DNA of 64,000 nucleotides from Fibrobacteria bacterium (GTDB lineage Bacteria > Fibrobacterota > Fibrobacteria > UBA11236), in assembly GCA_043745805.1 (NCBI GenBank), contig JAYTSD010000037.1:1-64000 (forward strand). Direction: 5' to 3'. Positions 39,116 to 49,364 of the stretch are shown here, one piece after another. The position numbers and the translations under genes are program-made. How positions within the stretch are numbered: the first letter of the stretch is position 1; each line of letters begins with the position of its first letter. Under the pieces are notes generated by a model. That model worked only from the letters and a program-made list of their open reading frames with translations. It did not search any database and was not told the DNA's origin.

Positions 39116-40447
39116 ATGCAAGCAACATTACAAGCAAAATCTACTTCCAGCGCGCCTGCAAGTATGATGTCGGGATCCGCCAAATGGATGGCTTTAGCGG
39201 CCGCTATATTAGGTTGGATGTTTGATGGATTAGAAATGGGCATTTTTCCATTGGTAGGCCGACCTGCATTAACTGAAATGTTAGGCGGAGGCGATATTGG
39301 TCCTTGGTTCGGTCGCATTATTGCCGTGTTCTTGGTTGGGGCCGCATTGGGTGGCTTCGCCTTAGGCTGGCTTGGCGACAGAATAGGTCGTACTCGCGCT
39401 ATGGTGTGGAGTGTGCTCGCTTATTCCGTATTCTCTGGCTTAGGTGCCATAGTTACCAATCCATGGCAACTCGCAGCTTTCCGATTTTTGGCGGCTTTGG
39501 GTATGGGCGGACAATGGGCTTTAGGTGTGGCTTTGGTAATGGAAATTTTCCCCAATAAATCACGTCCTTTAATGGCTGGTCTTATTGGTGCTTCAGCGAA
39601 TATCGGCTTCCTGCTTATCGCCTTATTAGCTATTGGCCTTAGTTCTATTTTAGCCAGCCTTTCAACCGTTCTCCATGCGATATTACCTACTGCTTGGGCG
39701 ACTATCCTTTTGCAAAATGGAAGTTGGCGTTTATTAATGTTACTGAGTGCTACGCCGGCTTTACTCACCTTTGTCATTCGCGTTTTTGTTCCTGAATCAG
39801 AAATGTGGGAAGCCAATTCTAAAAAGGCTGATAGCAAAGTAGGGTTTGGTGATTTATTTACTCGAGGATTAGCCAAAAACACTTTTATTGGTGCTGGCTT
39901 AGGTGCGGTGGCTTTAATGGGTACATGGGCATCGGTGCAATGGATTCCCGCTTGGGCAGGAAAAATTTCAGCAGGCGTTCCTAATGTAGCGGCTAAAGTG
40001 CAAATCGCTTCAGCTATTGGTGCTATTGTTTTTAGCCTAAGCTTTGCCTTGATTGCTGAAAAATTTAATCGCCGCAGTACCTATTTTGCTTTATCACTAC
40101 TTTCTTTAATTGCTTGCTCCATTTTGTTTCGACTCAACATGTCCTTTGGCGGTGGATTTTTAGCATGGACTTTTTTAGTGGGTGGTATTACCGCCGGTTT
40201 TTATGGTCTGCTACCTTTGTATTTGCCCGAATTATTCCCTACACGCGTGCGCGCAATGGGTTCTGGTGTAACTTTCAATGCCGGTCGCTTGATCGCTGCA
40301 GGCGGTGCTATTTATGGTGGAACCTTGGTGAAATCTTTTGGTGGCGATATTGCTAAAATGTGCTCCATAGTGAGTCTGGTCTATGTATTCGGGCTTGTGA
40401 TCATCTGGTTCGCTCCTGAAACTAAGGGTAAACCTTTACCCGAGTAA
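39116..40447 (+). CDS. MFS transporter (sugar/organic acid)
   Basis: About 12 TM segments; GWLGDRIGR motif A, PES, PELFPTRVRA, PETKG. Confidence 0.93.
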   Translation: MQATLQAKSTSSAPASMMSGSAKWMALAAAILGWMFDGLEMGIFPLVGRPALTEMLGGGDIGPWFGRIIAVFLVGAALGGFALGWLGDRIGRTRAMVWSVLAYSVFSGLGAIVTNPWQLAAFRFLAALGMGGQWALGVALVMEIFPNKSRPLMAGLIGASANIGFLLIALLAIGLSSILASLSTVLHAILPTAWATILLQNGSWRLLMLLSATPALLTFVIRVFVPESEMWEANSKKADSKVGFGDLFTRGLAKNTFIGAGLGAVALMGTWASVQWIPAWAGKISAGVPNVAAKVQIASAIGAIVFSLSFALIAEKFNRRSTYFALSLLSLIACSILFRLNMSFGGGFLAWTFLVGGITAGFYGLLPLYLPELFPTRVRAMGSGVTFNAGRLIAAGGAIYGGTLVKSFGGDIAKMCSIVSLVYVFGLVIIWFAPETKGKPLPE

Positions 40448-40490
40448 ACCAATGCTAGCCATAAGCAAACTGTTTGATTTTTTTTTGTTG

Positions 40491-40520
40491 AGAGCCCCGC
40501 ACCAAGCGCGGAGCTCTTTT
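40491..40520 (+). terminator. Probable terminator after the MFS gene
   Basis: AGAGCcCCGC-accaagc-GCGGaGCTCT followed by TTT. Confidence 0.5.
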
Positions 40521-40598
40521 CCTTCTGAATTGCTTGGGCCAAACCCATCAGGTTTTTTTTCTCTAATCGAAAATTAACCGCTTCCCATATAGGTAAAA

Positions 40599-41135
40599 AT
40601 GTCTACCCATCAACCCCGTTACGATTTTTCTGTAATTCGCAACCTACGTAAAGCGCAGGGTTTTACCATTGCCGATATTGCTGATGCTTCTGGTATTTCT
40701 ACAGCTGTGATATCGCGTATTGAACGTAATCAAGCCGTACCAGAATTGGATACCCTAGCACGCTTGTCCAAGGCCTTTTCTATCACGGCTACCGATTTAT
40801 TAGGGCTAGCCGAATTTCGTATTGCACAAATTGCTCATGGACAACATTATGTGTCGGGCGGATTCCAATTTCAAAATATTAGTTACCCCAATGTTCAATG
40901 TTTTATGGGATCGGCCTTAGCAGGTGGCACCGTAACACGTCCGGAAGTGCATCATAATGATCATGAAGTACTTTGGGTGCTTGCAGGAAGTATTGAAGTG
41001 GTGATTAATGGGGAAGTGCATATTCTTAAAGAAGGCGAAGCCATTCAATTCGACGCGGTGCAAATGCATACCTATAAAGCCATCCAAGATTGTAAAATTT
41101 TATCCATTCATCTACGCAAAGGAAAGCGCGCTTGA
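40599..41135 (+). CDS. XRE-family HTH plus cupin transcriptional regulator
   Basis: IRNLRK..TIADIA..SGIS...ISRIERN..P HTH; cupin H..HE..VL.G, L.EGEAIQFDA..HTY. Confidence 0.9.
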   Translation: MSTHQPRYDFSVIRNLRKAQGFTIADIADASGISTAVISRIERNQAVPELDTLARLSKAFSITATDLLGLAEFRIAQIAHGQHYVSGGFQFQNISYPNVQCFMGSALAGGTVTRPEVHHNDHEVLWVLAGSIEVVINGEVHILKEGEAIQFDAVQMHTYKAIQDCKILSIHLRKGKRA

Positions 41136-42511
41136 TACATATAGACCATGCTCTAAAGGCCTCCGATCTAAATTCTAAAATCAAAAAACTCTGGGATTTG
41201 TCTGGAGAGAAAATCACAGCATTAGAAAAAGCATGGGATGTAAGCAAAGGCTCTCCCGTTTTCACGGTAGCTGGTAAATACAGTTCTAAAGGCTGGACCG
41301 AATGGACACAGGGCTTTCAATATGGCGCTGCGGTTTTGCAATTCGATGCCACGGGGGATGAAAAGTTTTTAGAAATCGGCCGTCGTCAAACCTTAAATGT
41401 GATGGCGGGACATATCACTCACATGGGTGTACATGATCATGGTTTTAACAATGTCAGCACCTATGGTAACCTTTGGCGTTTAGCCAATGAAGGTCGCTTT
41501 AATTGTGAAGAGTGGGAAAAGAATTTTTACGAATTAGCCTTGAAATGCAGTGGTGCAGTGCAAGCGCGTCGTTGGACGGATATTCCTAATAGTGGTTATA
41601 TCTACTCCTTCAACGGCCCGCACTCATTGTTCGCAGATACTATTCGCTCACTTCGAGCTTTAGCGGTGGCGCATCAATTAGGTCATTCTTTAATGGAAGA
41701 GAAAGATCGTGAAATTTCATTGCTGGAACGTATTATTCAGCACGCTCAAACCACCGCACGTTACACGGTATATTATGGCGAAGGTCGTGATGCCTATGAT
41801 ATTCGTGGCCGTGCAGCGCATGAAAGTATTTTCAATACTAATGATGGCAGTTACCGTTGTCCAAATTCCCAACAAGGTTATGCCCCGTTCAGCACTTGGA
41901 CTCGCGGATTAGCTTGGGTGGTATTAGGCTTCGCCGAAGAATTAGAATTTTTACAAACCATTTCTGATGCCGAATTAAAACCCTTAGGTGGACGTGCGGC
42001 GATTGAAGCGGAATTTTTAAAAGGCGCTATCGCCTGTAGTGATTTTTATATCGAACATACGCCAACCGATGGCATTCCCTACTGGGATACTGGCGCACCG
42101 GAGTTACATAAATTGGGGGATTATTTAAATCGTCCTGCCGATCCTTTTAATGCGCATGAACCTGTAGACAGCTCAGCTGCGGCGATCACGGCTCAAGGTC
42201 TATTGCGCTTAGGGCATTTTTTACAAGCAAAAGGCCGCACTGAAGAGGGTAACAAATACTGGCAAACCGGTCTCACGGTGCTGAATTCTCTTTTCCAAGA
42301 ACCTTATTTAAGTACCGATGCTGCACATCAAGGTTTGATTTTGCATTCTATTTATCATCGTCCCAATGGTTGGGATTATATTCCAGCTGGTTCATCTATT
42401 CCACGTGGCGAAAGCAGCATGTGGGGCGATTATCATGCTCGTGAAGCGGCGTTATATGTACAACGAATTGCAAAGCAAGAAAAATACTACACCTTTTTTA
42501 AGGTGAAATAA
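41132..42511 (+). CDS. GH88-like six-hairpin glycosidase-family protein
   Basis: WTEWTQGF, HDHGF, QQGY...STWTRGLAW, IPYWD, DSSAAAI, WGDY motifs shared with unsaturated glucuronyl hydrolase-like proteins. Confidence 0.75.
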   Translation: MIHIDHALKASDLNSKIKKLWDLSGEKITALEKAWDVSKGSPVFTVAGKYSSKGWTEWTQGFQYGAAVLQFDATGDEKFLEIGRRQTLNVMAGHITHMGVHDHGFNNVSTYGNLWRLANEGRFNCEEWEKNFYELALKCSGAVQARRWTDIPNSGYIYSFNGPHSLFADTIRSLRALAVAHQLGHSLMEEKDREISLLERIIQHAQTTARYTVYYGEGRDAYDIRGRAAHESIFNTNDGSYRCPNSQQGYAPFSTWTRGLAWVVLGFAEELEFLQTISDAELKPLGGRAAIEAEFLKGAIACSDFYIEHTPTDGIPYWDTGAPELHKLGDYLNRPADPFNAHEPVDSSAAAITAQGLLRLGHFLQAKGRTEEGNKYWQTGLTVLNSLFQEPYLSTDAAHQGLILHSIYHRPNGWDYIPAGSSIPRGESSMWGDYHAREAALYVQRIAKQEKYYTFFKVK

Positions 42512-42514
42512 TTC

Positions 42515-43288
42515 ATGGCTAATAAAGTTGCTTTAGTTACAGGCGGAGCGCGCGGTATTGGCTTAGGAATTTCCATCGCTTTAGCTAAAGAAGGTTTTGA
42601 CCTAGCCATTTGTGGACAAAAGGATGCTGAAGCCGTTCGTCCGGTTATGGAATCCTTAAACGAATTAGGCGCGCGTATTATTTATGTGCAAGCGGATATT
42701 AGTCGCCGTGCCGACAGAGATAATTTGATGGCGGCGATTAAGGAACAATACGGCCAACTCAATGTATTGGTCAATAATGCAGGCGTAGCACCTGAGGTAC
42801 GGGCGGATATTTTAGAAGCCGAAGAAGCCAGCTTCGAAAGATTGATTCGTATTAATGTGCAAGGGCCTTATTTTTTAACCCAAGCGGCAGCGAATTTCAT
42901 GATTGACTTGAAAAAGGAAAACCCTGAATTTGAGGCTACCATAATTAATGTGGGTTCCATATCGGCTACCGTAGCCTCTGTATTAAGAGGCGATTATTGT
43001 ATTTCCAAGGCAGGCGTGGGCATGGCCTCGCAACTTTGGGCGGCGCGTTTGGGTGAATTCAATATCCCTGTTTTTGAAATTCGTCCGGGCTTAATTAAAA
43101 CCGATATGACTTCAGGAGTAACTTCTAAATACGATGCCTTGATTGAAGGCGGATTATTATTACAATCCCGTTGGGGCATGCCCGATGATGTGGGTAAAGC
43201 AGCAGCCATGTTGGCGCGTGGAGATTTGGCTTATTCTACCGGTCAAGTGATTCATGTGGATGGCGGCTTAACGCAAGCTCGCTTGTAA
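42515..43288 (+). CDS. Short-chain dehydrogenase/reductase
   Basis: TGGARGIG, NNAG, YCISK catalytic motif, VDGG. Confidence 0.93.
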   Translation: MANKVALVTGGARGIGLGISIALAKEGFDLAICGQKDAEAVRPVMESLNELGARIIYVQADISRRADRDNLMAAIKEQYGQLNVLVNNAGVAPEVRADILEAEEASFERLIRINVQGPYFLTQAAANFMIDLKKENPEFEATIINVGSISATVASVLRGDYCISKAGVGMASQLWAARLGEFNIPVFEIRPGLIKTDMTSGVTSKYDALIEGGLLLQSRWGMPDDVGKAAAMLARGDLAYSTGQVIHVDGGLTQARL

Positions 43289-43375
43289 GGATGCCTATGA
43301 ATGTGTATGCAAGCAAGCGCAACCTATTTAAATTTCAACTTCAGTATTAATAGCAAATAAATTTAAGGCAAAACT

Positions 43376-44011
43376 ATGAGTTCTATTATCGATCAAATTC
43401 AGCAATTAAGAATACTTCCCGCCGTTATTTTAGATAAAGTAGAACAGGCCAAGCCTTTAGCCGAGGCTATGCGTGCTGGCGGTTTACCTTGTTTGGAAAT
43501 TACTTTTCGTACTGAAGCCGCCGAAGGCGCAATTAAAGCCTTGCAAGATGACAAAGAACTTTTAATTGGCGCAGGCACGGTACTTACGCTCGATCAAGCG
43601 AAAAGAGCTTTAGATGCTGGTTCGCGTTTTGTGGTAACACCAGGATTCAATCCAAAAATTGTGCAATATTGCCAAGATCATAAAGTGCCTATTGTTCCCG
43701 GTGCCAGCAATCCTACCGATATTGAAATGGCCTTGGAATATGGTTTAACGGCGGTGAAATTTTTCCCAGCAGAATCTTTTGGTGGCGTGAAAACTTTAAA
43801 AGCTTTTAATGGCCCTTATCCTATGATGCGTTATGTGCCTACGGGTGGCGTGAATATCAGTAACTTAAAAAGTTACTTGGAATTTAAACCGGTACTTGCT
43901 TGCGGTGGCAGTTGGATGGTGGCTCCAGAATTGATTCGTGCACAAAACTATACCGAAATCACGCGCCTTTGCCGCGAAGCCATTGAGGCGGCGGCTAGTG
44001 TGGGCCGTTAA
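43376..44011 (+). CDS. eda: KDPG/KHG aldolase
   Basis: LEITFRT, GAGTV, VKFFPA, PTGGV, ACGGSW. Confidence 0.95.
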   Translation: MSSIIDQIQQLRILPAVILDKVEQAKPLAEAMRAGGLPCLEITFRTEAAEGAIKALQDDKELLIGAGTVLTLDQAKRALDAGSRFVVTPGFNPKIVQYCQDHKVPIVPGASNPTDIEMALEYGLTAVKFFPAESFGGVKTLKAFNGPYPMMRYVPTGGVNISNLKSYLEFKPVLACGGSWMVAPELIRAQNYTEITRLCREAIEAAASVGR

Positions 44012-44078
44012 TCAGGTTAAGGTTGAAAACACTTAAATTAAACGTAACTTTTATAATACGTAACTTGCAGGAGAACAG

Positions 44079-45179
44079 ATGTCTGTATTGACAGTAAAAC
44101 CCAAAGACCAATGCCGTTTTGATATTCTTTCTTTAGGAGAGGTAATGCTTCGCCTCGATCCATGTGATATGCGCATTCGTACGGCGCGTCAATTTCGTGC
44201 ATGGGAAGGTGGCGGCGAATATAATGTGGCCCGTGGCTTACGAAAATGTTTTGGTTTGCGCAGCGCTTTAGTCAGTGCCTTTGCCGATAATGAAGTAGGA
44301 CATTTAGTAGAAGATTTTATTTTGCAAGGTGGCGTGGATATGTCCTTTGTGAAATGGATTCCTTATGATGGATTAGGCCGTACCGTTCGCAATGGATTAA
44401 ATTTCACGGAACGGGGTTATGGCATGCGTGGTGCCGTTGGTGTTTCGGACCGTGGTTTAACGGCGGCTTCACAAATGAAAAAAGGCGATATTGATTGGGA
44501 GCACATTTTTGGCGAACTGGGCGTACGTTGGTTTCATACCGGCGGTATTTATGCCGGCCTTTCGGAAACGACTCCAGGCATTATCGAAGAAGCCATGCAA
44601 GCGGCCAAGAAACATGGAACTATCATTTCTTATGATTTGAATTATCGTCCCAGTTTATGGAAAAATTTTGGTGGACAAAAAAAAGCACAAGAAGTAAACC
44701 GCAACTTAGCGCGTTATGTGGATGTGATGATCGGTAATGAAGAAGACTTCACGGCTTCCTTAGGCTTTGCTGTGGAAGGGGTGGACGAAAATCTTTCTGC
44801 ACTCGACACTTCACATTTCAAAAAAATGATTGGCGAAGTGGTTAAAGGCTTTCCCAATTTTAAAGCGATTGCCACTACTTTACGCACCGTAAAATCAGCC
44901 TCCATTAATGATTGGGGTGCGATAGTTTATGCAGACGGTAAATTTTATGAAGCGCCCATGCGTGAGAATTTGGAAATTTTTGATCGCGTTGGTGGCGGCG
45001 ATAGTTTTGCTTCAGGCTTAGTTTATGGTTTGATGGAAAAGGGTAGTGCGGAAGCGGCCGTAAATTATGGCGCAGCGCATGGTGCTTTAGCTATGACTAC
45101 TCCAGGTGATACATCTATGGCCACTTTAGCCGAAGTAGAAAGTTTAGTTAAAGGTGGCAGCGCGAGAGTACAGCGGTAA
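44079..45179 (+). CDS. kdgK: 2-keto-3-deoxygluconate kinase (PfkB family)
   Basis: GEVMLRL, GGGEYNVA, SYDLNYR.SLW, GNEED, DRVGGGDSF; adjacent to eda. Confidence 0.88.
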   Translation: MSVLTVKPKDQCRFDILSLGEVMLRLDPCDMRIRTARQFRAWEGGGEYNVARGLRKCFGLRSALVSAFADNEVGHLVEDFILQGGVDMSFVKWIPYDGLGRTVRNGLNFTERGYGMRGAVGVSDRGLTAASQMKKGDIDWEHIFGELGVRWFHTGGIYAGLSETTPGIIEEAMQAAKKHGTIISYDLNYRPSLWKNFGGQKKAQEVNRNLARYVDVMIGNEEDFTASLGFAVEGVDENLSALDTSHFKKMIGEVVKGFPNFKAIATTLRTVKSASINDWGAIVYADGKFYEAPMRENLEIFDRVGGGDSFASGLVYGLMEKGSAEAAVNYGAAHGALAMTTPGDTSMATLAEVESLVKGGSARVQR

Positions 45180-45205
45180 TTCGTTAAACTTTTTTATGAC
45201 TAATA

Positions 45206-45236
45206 AAAAAGGCCAGCTATATTAGCTGGCCTTTTT
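45206..45236. terminator. Bidirectional terminator between kdgK and the peroxiredoxin gene
   Basis: AAAAAGGCCAGCTA-tat-TAGCTGGCCTTTTT between convergent genes. Confidence 0.9.
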
Positions 45237-45251
45237 GCTGTTAGGGAAAAA

Positions 45252-45887
45252 TTATTTAGGTTGAGGCGTTAAACGCAAATAGGATTTTATTTTTTTATAG
45301 CCTAAAGGAAAGCGTTGTTTCAAATCCTCTTCATCTTGCAAAGCAGGTGCTATGACAACATCTTCACCTTGTTTCCAATTCACCGGCGTAGCCACTTTAA
45401 ATTTATCCGTTAATTGCATGGAATCAATAACGCGCAAAATTTCTTGGAAGTTACGTCCTGTGGAAGCAGGATAGGTTATGGTTAAACGAATTTTTTTGTT
45501 GGGATCAATAATGAAAACCGAACGCACCGTCATTTTATCTAGGGATTGAGGATGTAACATACCATATAAGGTGGCAACGGATTTATCTTCGTCCGCAAGG
45601 ATAGGGAAATTTACCACACAATTTTGGGTTTCATTAATGTCATGGATCCAGCCCTTATGCGATTCAACTCCATCAACGGACAATGCTAATACTTTAACGT
45701 CACGTTTATCAAATTCTGCTTTAAGTTTACTGGTTTCACCGAGTTCGGTAGTGCAAACCGGAGTATAATCGGCAGGATGAGAGAACAAAATAGCCCAATG
45801 CCCATCGATATATTGATGAAAATTAATTTTTCCTTCGCTTGAGTCTTGGGTAAAGTCTGGCGCTATTGATCCTAATTGTAAAGACAT
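45252..45887 (-). CDS. 1-Cys peroxiredoxin (Prx6 family)
   Basis: FSHPADYTPVCTTE, TVRSVFIIDP, YPASTGRNF, ATPVNW. Confidence 0.95.
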   Translation of the reverse strand: MSLQLGSIAPDFTQDSSEGKINFHQYIDGHWAILFSHPADYTPVCTTELGETSKLKAEFDKRDVKVLALSVDGVESHKGWIHDINETQNCVVNFPILADEDKSVATLYGMLHPQSLDKMTVRSVFIIDPNKKIRLTITYPASTGRNFQEILRVIDSMQLTDKFKVATPVNWKQGEDVVIAPALQDEEDLKQRFPLGYKKIKSYLRLTPQPK

Positions 45888-46070
45888 AATTAACTCCTAG
45901 TTTAAGGTTTAGGTAAAAATTTAATAAAGCAAGGATAGCTATATGCCGGCGGTATGCCATGTAAAATAACCTATAGAAAACATTATCTCTTGTTATCCCT
46001 ATTTACAAATAAGACAATTTAACTTTATGACGCAAGCCAATTTAAAAACCGGAATAAGGTGCCCTAAGCT

Positions 46071-48224
46071 GTGAAATGTTTATTCATTAATACCTATTAT
46101 CCCGGATTTATGGAGGCTCATTACGCGCGTTATGCCGATTTAGCTAATCGCTCCTATGCCCAGCAATTAACTTCACTTGAGAATTGCATGTTTGGAGACA
46201 GCGATTTTTATTCTCGCGGTTTAAAATCGGCTGGTTGGGAGGCAGAAGACATTATCATCAATTGCCCTTCACTGCAAACTGCATGGGCAAGAGAACATGG
46301 TGGCCCTTCTGGTGAATTAGAAATCATGTTCAATCAAATTTTAAGATCCGCTCCCGACATAGTATATTTTCAAGATCTCAATCACTTTACTCCTGAAATT
46401 CTCCATGCTATTCGTCCCATGGTTAAATTAATAGTTGGACAAATCGCTACACCCATGAAGCCTGATTTAGATCTACAACCCTATGATTTAATTTTTTCAT
46501 CCTTTCCGCATTATGTGGAACGATTTCGCAAACAAGGTATTACGGCCTATTTTCAGCCTCTTGCATTTGAAGAACGAGTTTGGGATGCGCTTCGTTCTGT
46601 TCGTAAAGATATTGGTTGCTCTTTTGTGGGCGGGATTTCCAGTTTGCATGTTACCTCATATCATCTTTTAGAAATGCTTGCAAAGAAAACACCCACGCAA
46701 TTCTGGGGTTATGGATGCGAAACCTTACCTGCGCAATCATTGGTAAAAGTGCGTCATCATGGTGAAGCATGGGGCATGCAAATGATGGAAATCATGGCGC
46801 GCTCATTGATGACCATTAATCGGCATGGAGAAGTAGCAGAAAATAATGCCAATAATATGCGACTCTTTGAAGCTACGGGTGCCGGAACCTTATTGATTAC
46901 GGACTTTAAAGATAACCTCCATGAATTTTTTGAAATAGGCAAAGAGATAGTCGTATTTCATAATGCTGAGGAATGTTCCGCTTTAGTTAATTACTACTTA
47001 GCACATCCTGATGAAGCCGCACAAATTGCTATGGCCGGTCAAATGCGTACTTTGAAAGATCATACCTATAAAGTACGTATGACAAAAACCGGAGAAATTC
47101 TCGCACGTCACTTACGCAATTATGAAGAGAAAAATACTTTTGCAAGTCCCGACTATAATCGAATTTCGTATAACAAACAAGCTATTGATAAAAATCAAAT
47201 AACTTCTTCCATGACCGAAGCGTGGAAGGACAAAAATATACCTATGCGACAAAGGGCTTTAACTCAACAAGAACTGGGAATGATGTACGCGGGTAAACCG
47301 ATTCGTCCCTTTAATACCTTGGTTGAGTCACTTGAAAATTTAATTCATGCTAATGATCGAGTACTAGAAATCGGATGCTCCACGGGATATTATTATGAAG
47401 TATTAGAATATTTATTGCACAAGCCTCTGCATTATATCGGTGTCGATTATTCTGAAGCAATGATTGCTATGGCGCGAGATTATTATCCCAAAACAGAATT
47501 TCACATTGCAGATGGCGCACATTTACCTTTTGAATCAAATACTATTCCTGTAGTAATTTCTTCTTGCGTATTATTACATGTACCCAATTATAGAGATCAT
47601 ATTTTAGAAACGGGACGCGTGGCGAATAAATTCGTGGTTGCCCATCGCACACCTATATGTCGTCAAAGGCCTACCCATTTTATCAAAAAATTCGGATATG
47701 AAGTGGAAATGGTGGAATTAATATTTAATGAAAAAGAATTAATTCAGCTTTTTAATGAAGCAGGGTTAGATCTTATTCGCCAAATTGAAATAGAAGAATC
47801 ATCAGATGATTTATTCTCCATTAATTATATCTTCCAAAAAGGAAAACAAACTTATCTATCTATGTCAGTCGAAAAAAAAACCTCTATTGAAGAGGCGGAA
47901 AATCTTATAAAGGCTGGCCGACTTGCAGAAGGAAAGTTCGCTTTAGAAAAATTGGAAAGTATAGCAGATACTCGCGTGCTTAATGATTTAGCGGTAGTTA
48001 ATCATCGTATGGGCGATAAACAAAAAGCCTTACAGTATTTGTTAAAGTCGGTAAAAATAAACTCCATGGATCGACTTACCTTAATGAATTTATTGGAGTT
48101 AGGGGATCACATTTCCTTATTAGAAGCTATTACGGAATTAGTAAAAGCTTATTTAGCGGAAAACTCAAATGATGTGGAGATGTGCGATCTGCTGGAGAAA
48201 GTCCAGCGCGATAGACAAATTTGA
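46071..48224 (+). CDS. Glycosyltransferase / SAM methyltransferase / TPR fusion protein
   Basis: NNMRLFEATGAG..HTY (Glyco_trans_1_2-like); VLEIGCSTGYY..GVDYSEAMI (SAM motif I); C-terminal TPR-like NDLAVV..GDKQKALQYL. Confidence 0.82.
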   Translation: MKCLFINTYYPGFMEAHYARYADLANRSYAQQLTSLENCMFGDSDFYSRGLKSAGWEAEDIIINCPSLQTAWAREHGGPSGELEIMFNQILRSAPDIVYFQDLNHFTPEILHAIRPMVKLIVGQIATPMKPDLDLQPYDLIFSSFPHYVERFRKQGITAYFQPLAFEERVWDALRSVRKDIGCSFVGGISSLHVTSYHLLEMLAKKTPTQFWGYGCETLPAQSLVKVRHHGEAWGMQMMEIMARSLMTINRHGEVAENNANNMRLFEATGAGTLLITDFKDNLHEFFEIGKEIVVFHNAEECSALVNYYLAHPDEAAQIAMAGQMRTLKDHTYKVRMTKTGEILARHLRNYEEKNTFASPDYNRISYNKQAIDKNQITSSMTEAWKDKNIPMRQRALTQQELGMMYAGKPIRPFNTLVESLENLIHANDRVLEIGCSTGYYYEVLEYLLHKPLHYIGVDYSEAMIAMARDYYPKTEFHIADGAHLPFESNTIPVVISSCVLLHVPNYRDHILETGRVANKFVVAHRTPICRQRPTHFIKKFGYEVEMVELIFNEKELIQLFNEAGLDLIRQIEIEESSDDLFSINYIFQKGKQTYLSMSVEKKTSIEEAENLIKAGRLAEGKFALEKLESIADTRVLNDLAVVNHRMGDKQKALQYLLKSVKINSMDRLTLMNLLELGDHISLLEAITELVKAYLAENSNDVEMCDLLEKVQRDRQI

Positions 48225-48283
48225 AGTAATAAAAATATTACCTCTTAAAACATAGCGGTTTTAAATTAATCCTTCTGACTCAC

Positions 48284-49165
48284 TTAAGCGCTTTGCAAGC
48301 GTGCGATACGAGTTTCTAAAGGAGGATGAGTGGACATTAACGCGAAAAACTTGCTAGGCTTGCCTGAGATTTTCATCGTGGCTAAACCCGCTCGGTCTGC
48401 TTCTTCGGGCACTCGACCGGAAAAACTTTGTAAAGCTTGTAAGGCCCCAATCATTTTAGCACGACCCGCAAATCGCGCTCCACCAGCATCTGCACGGAAT
48501 TCTCTTTGACGTGAGAACCAAGCAACTACCATATAGCCGAGTATACTCAAGGCAATTTGTAAAACGATCTCTGTGATAAAAAATACCATGCGGCGACTTT
48601 CCGCTTTTACATTTTGACTTAAGGCAAAGGCAATAATTTTTGCGAAGAACATTACAAAAGCATTAATCACCCCTTGAATTAAAGTCATGGTAACCATATC
48701 TCCATTAGCGATATGTGCAATTTCATGACCCAAAACCCCTTCAATTTCTGAACGGCTCATGCGATTTAATAAACCCGAAGATACGGCAACCAAGGAACGA
48801 CTCTTGGTAGGTCCGGTGGCAAACGCATTTACTTCAAGACTTTCATAAACACCCACTTCAGGCATAGCAGGCAATCCCGCTTGGCGTGCTAAATCATGAA
48901 CCGTACTAACTAAATCACCATATTCTCCGCTTGCATTAGGATTAATAACTTTAACGCCCATCATCCACTTGGCCATCAATCTCGACATCGCGAGAGAAAT
49001 GAACGCGCCACCCATACCCCAAACCAAACAAAATACCATAAGAGAGCTATAATCTATGCCATAGGTGGAAATATAATGACCTACACCTAATAGATTGAGA
49101 ACAAGAGAAATGGTTAATACCACCAATAGATTGGTTAATCCAAAAAGAATAATTCGCTTAAACAT
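48284..49165 (-). CDS. htpX: Zn metalloprotease HtpX
   Basis: NAFATG, HEIAH..NGD, SRQREFRAD, STHPPLETRI; ATG 49165 with GGAG RBS. Confidence 0.96.
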   Translation of the reverse strand: MFKRIILFGLTNLLVVLTISLVLNLLGVGHYISTYGIDYSSLMVFCLVWGMGGAFISLAMSRLMAKWMMGVKVINPNASGEYGDLVSTVHDLARQAGLPAMPEVGVYESLEVNAFATGPTKSRSLVAVSSGLLNRMSRSEIEGVLGHEIAHIANGDMVTMTLIQGVINAFVMFFAKIIAFALSQNVKAESRRMVFFITEIVLQIALSILGYMVVAWFSRQREFRADAGGARFAGRAKMIGALQALQSFSGRVPEEADRAGLATMKISGKPSKFFALMSTHPPLETRIARLQSA

Positions 49166-49364
49166 GTATTTGTACTCCTTGATATATAAGCTATCATTTT
49201 GTTGAATAATAGGCAAAAAAATATTGATATGGATTTCGTTTTAAAAAGAAACTAATACATCAATAATTTTCCATTTTGCAACACTTTGATTCCTTTGTCT
49301 TTCTTTAATTAGATAATGCAAAAACAAAGCCAAGAATAAATGAAATTTTTAGGAGAGAAAAAAA

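Noticed and set aside
45944-45959. Sigma-54-like promoter upstream of the peroxiredoxin gene (TGGCATACCGCCGGCA on the minus strand)
   Set aside because: GG/GC spacing fits but the TTGC element is degenerate; insufficient evidence.
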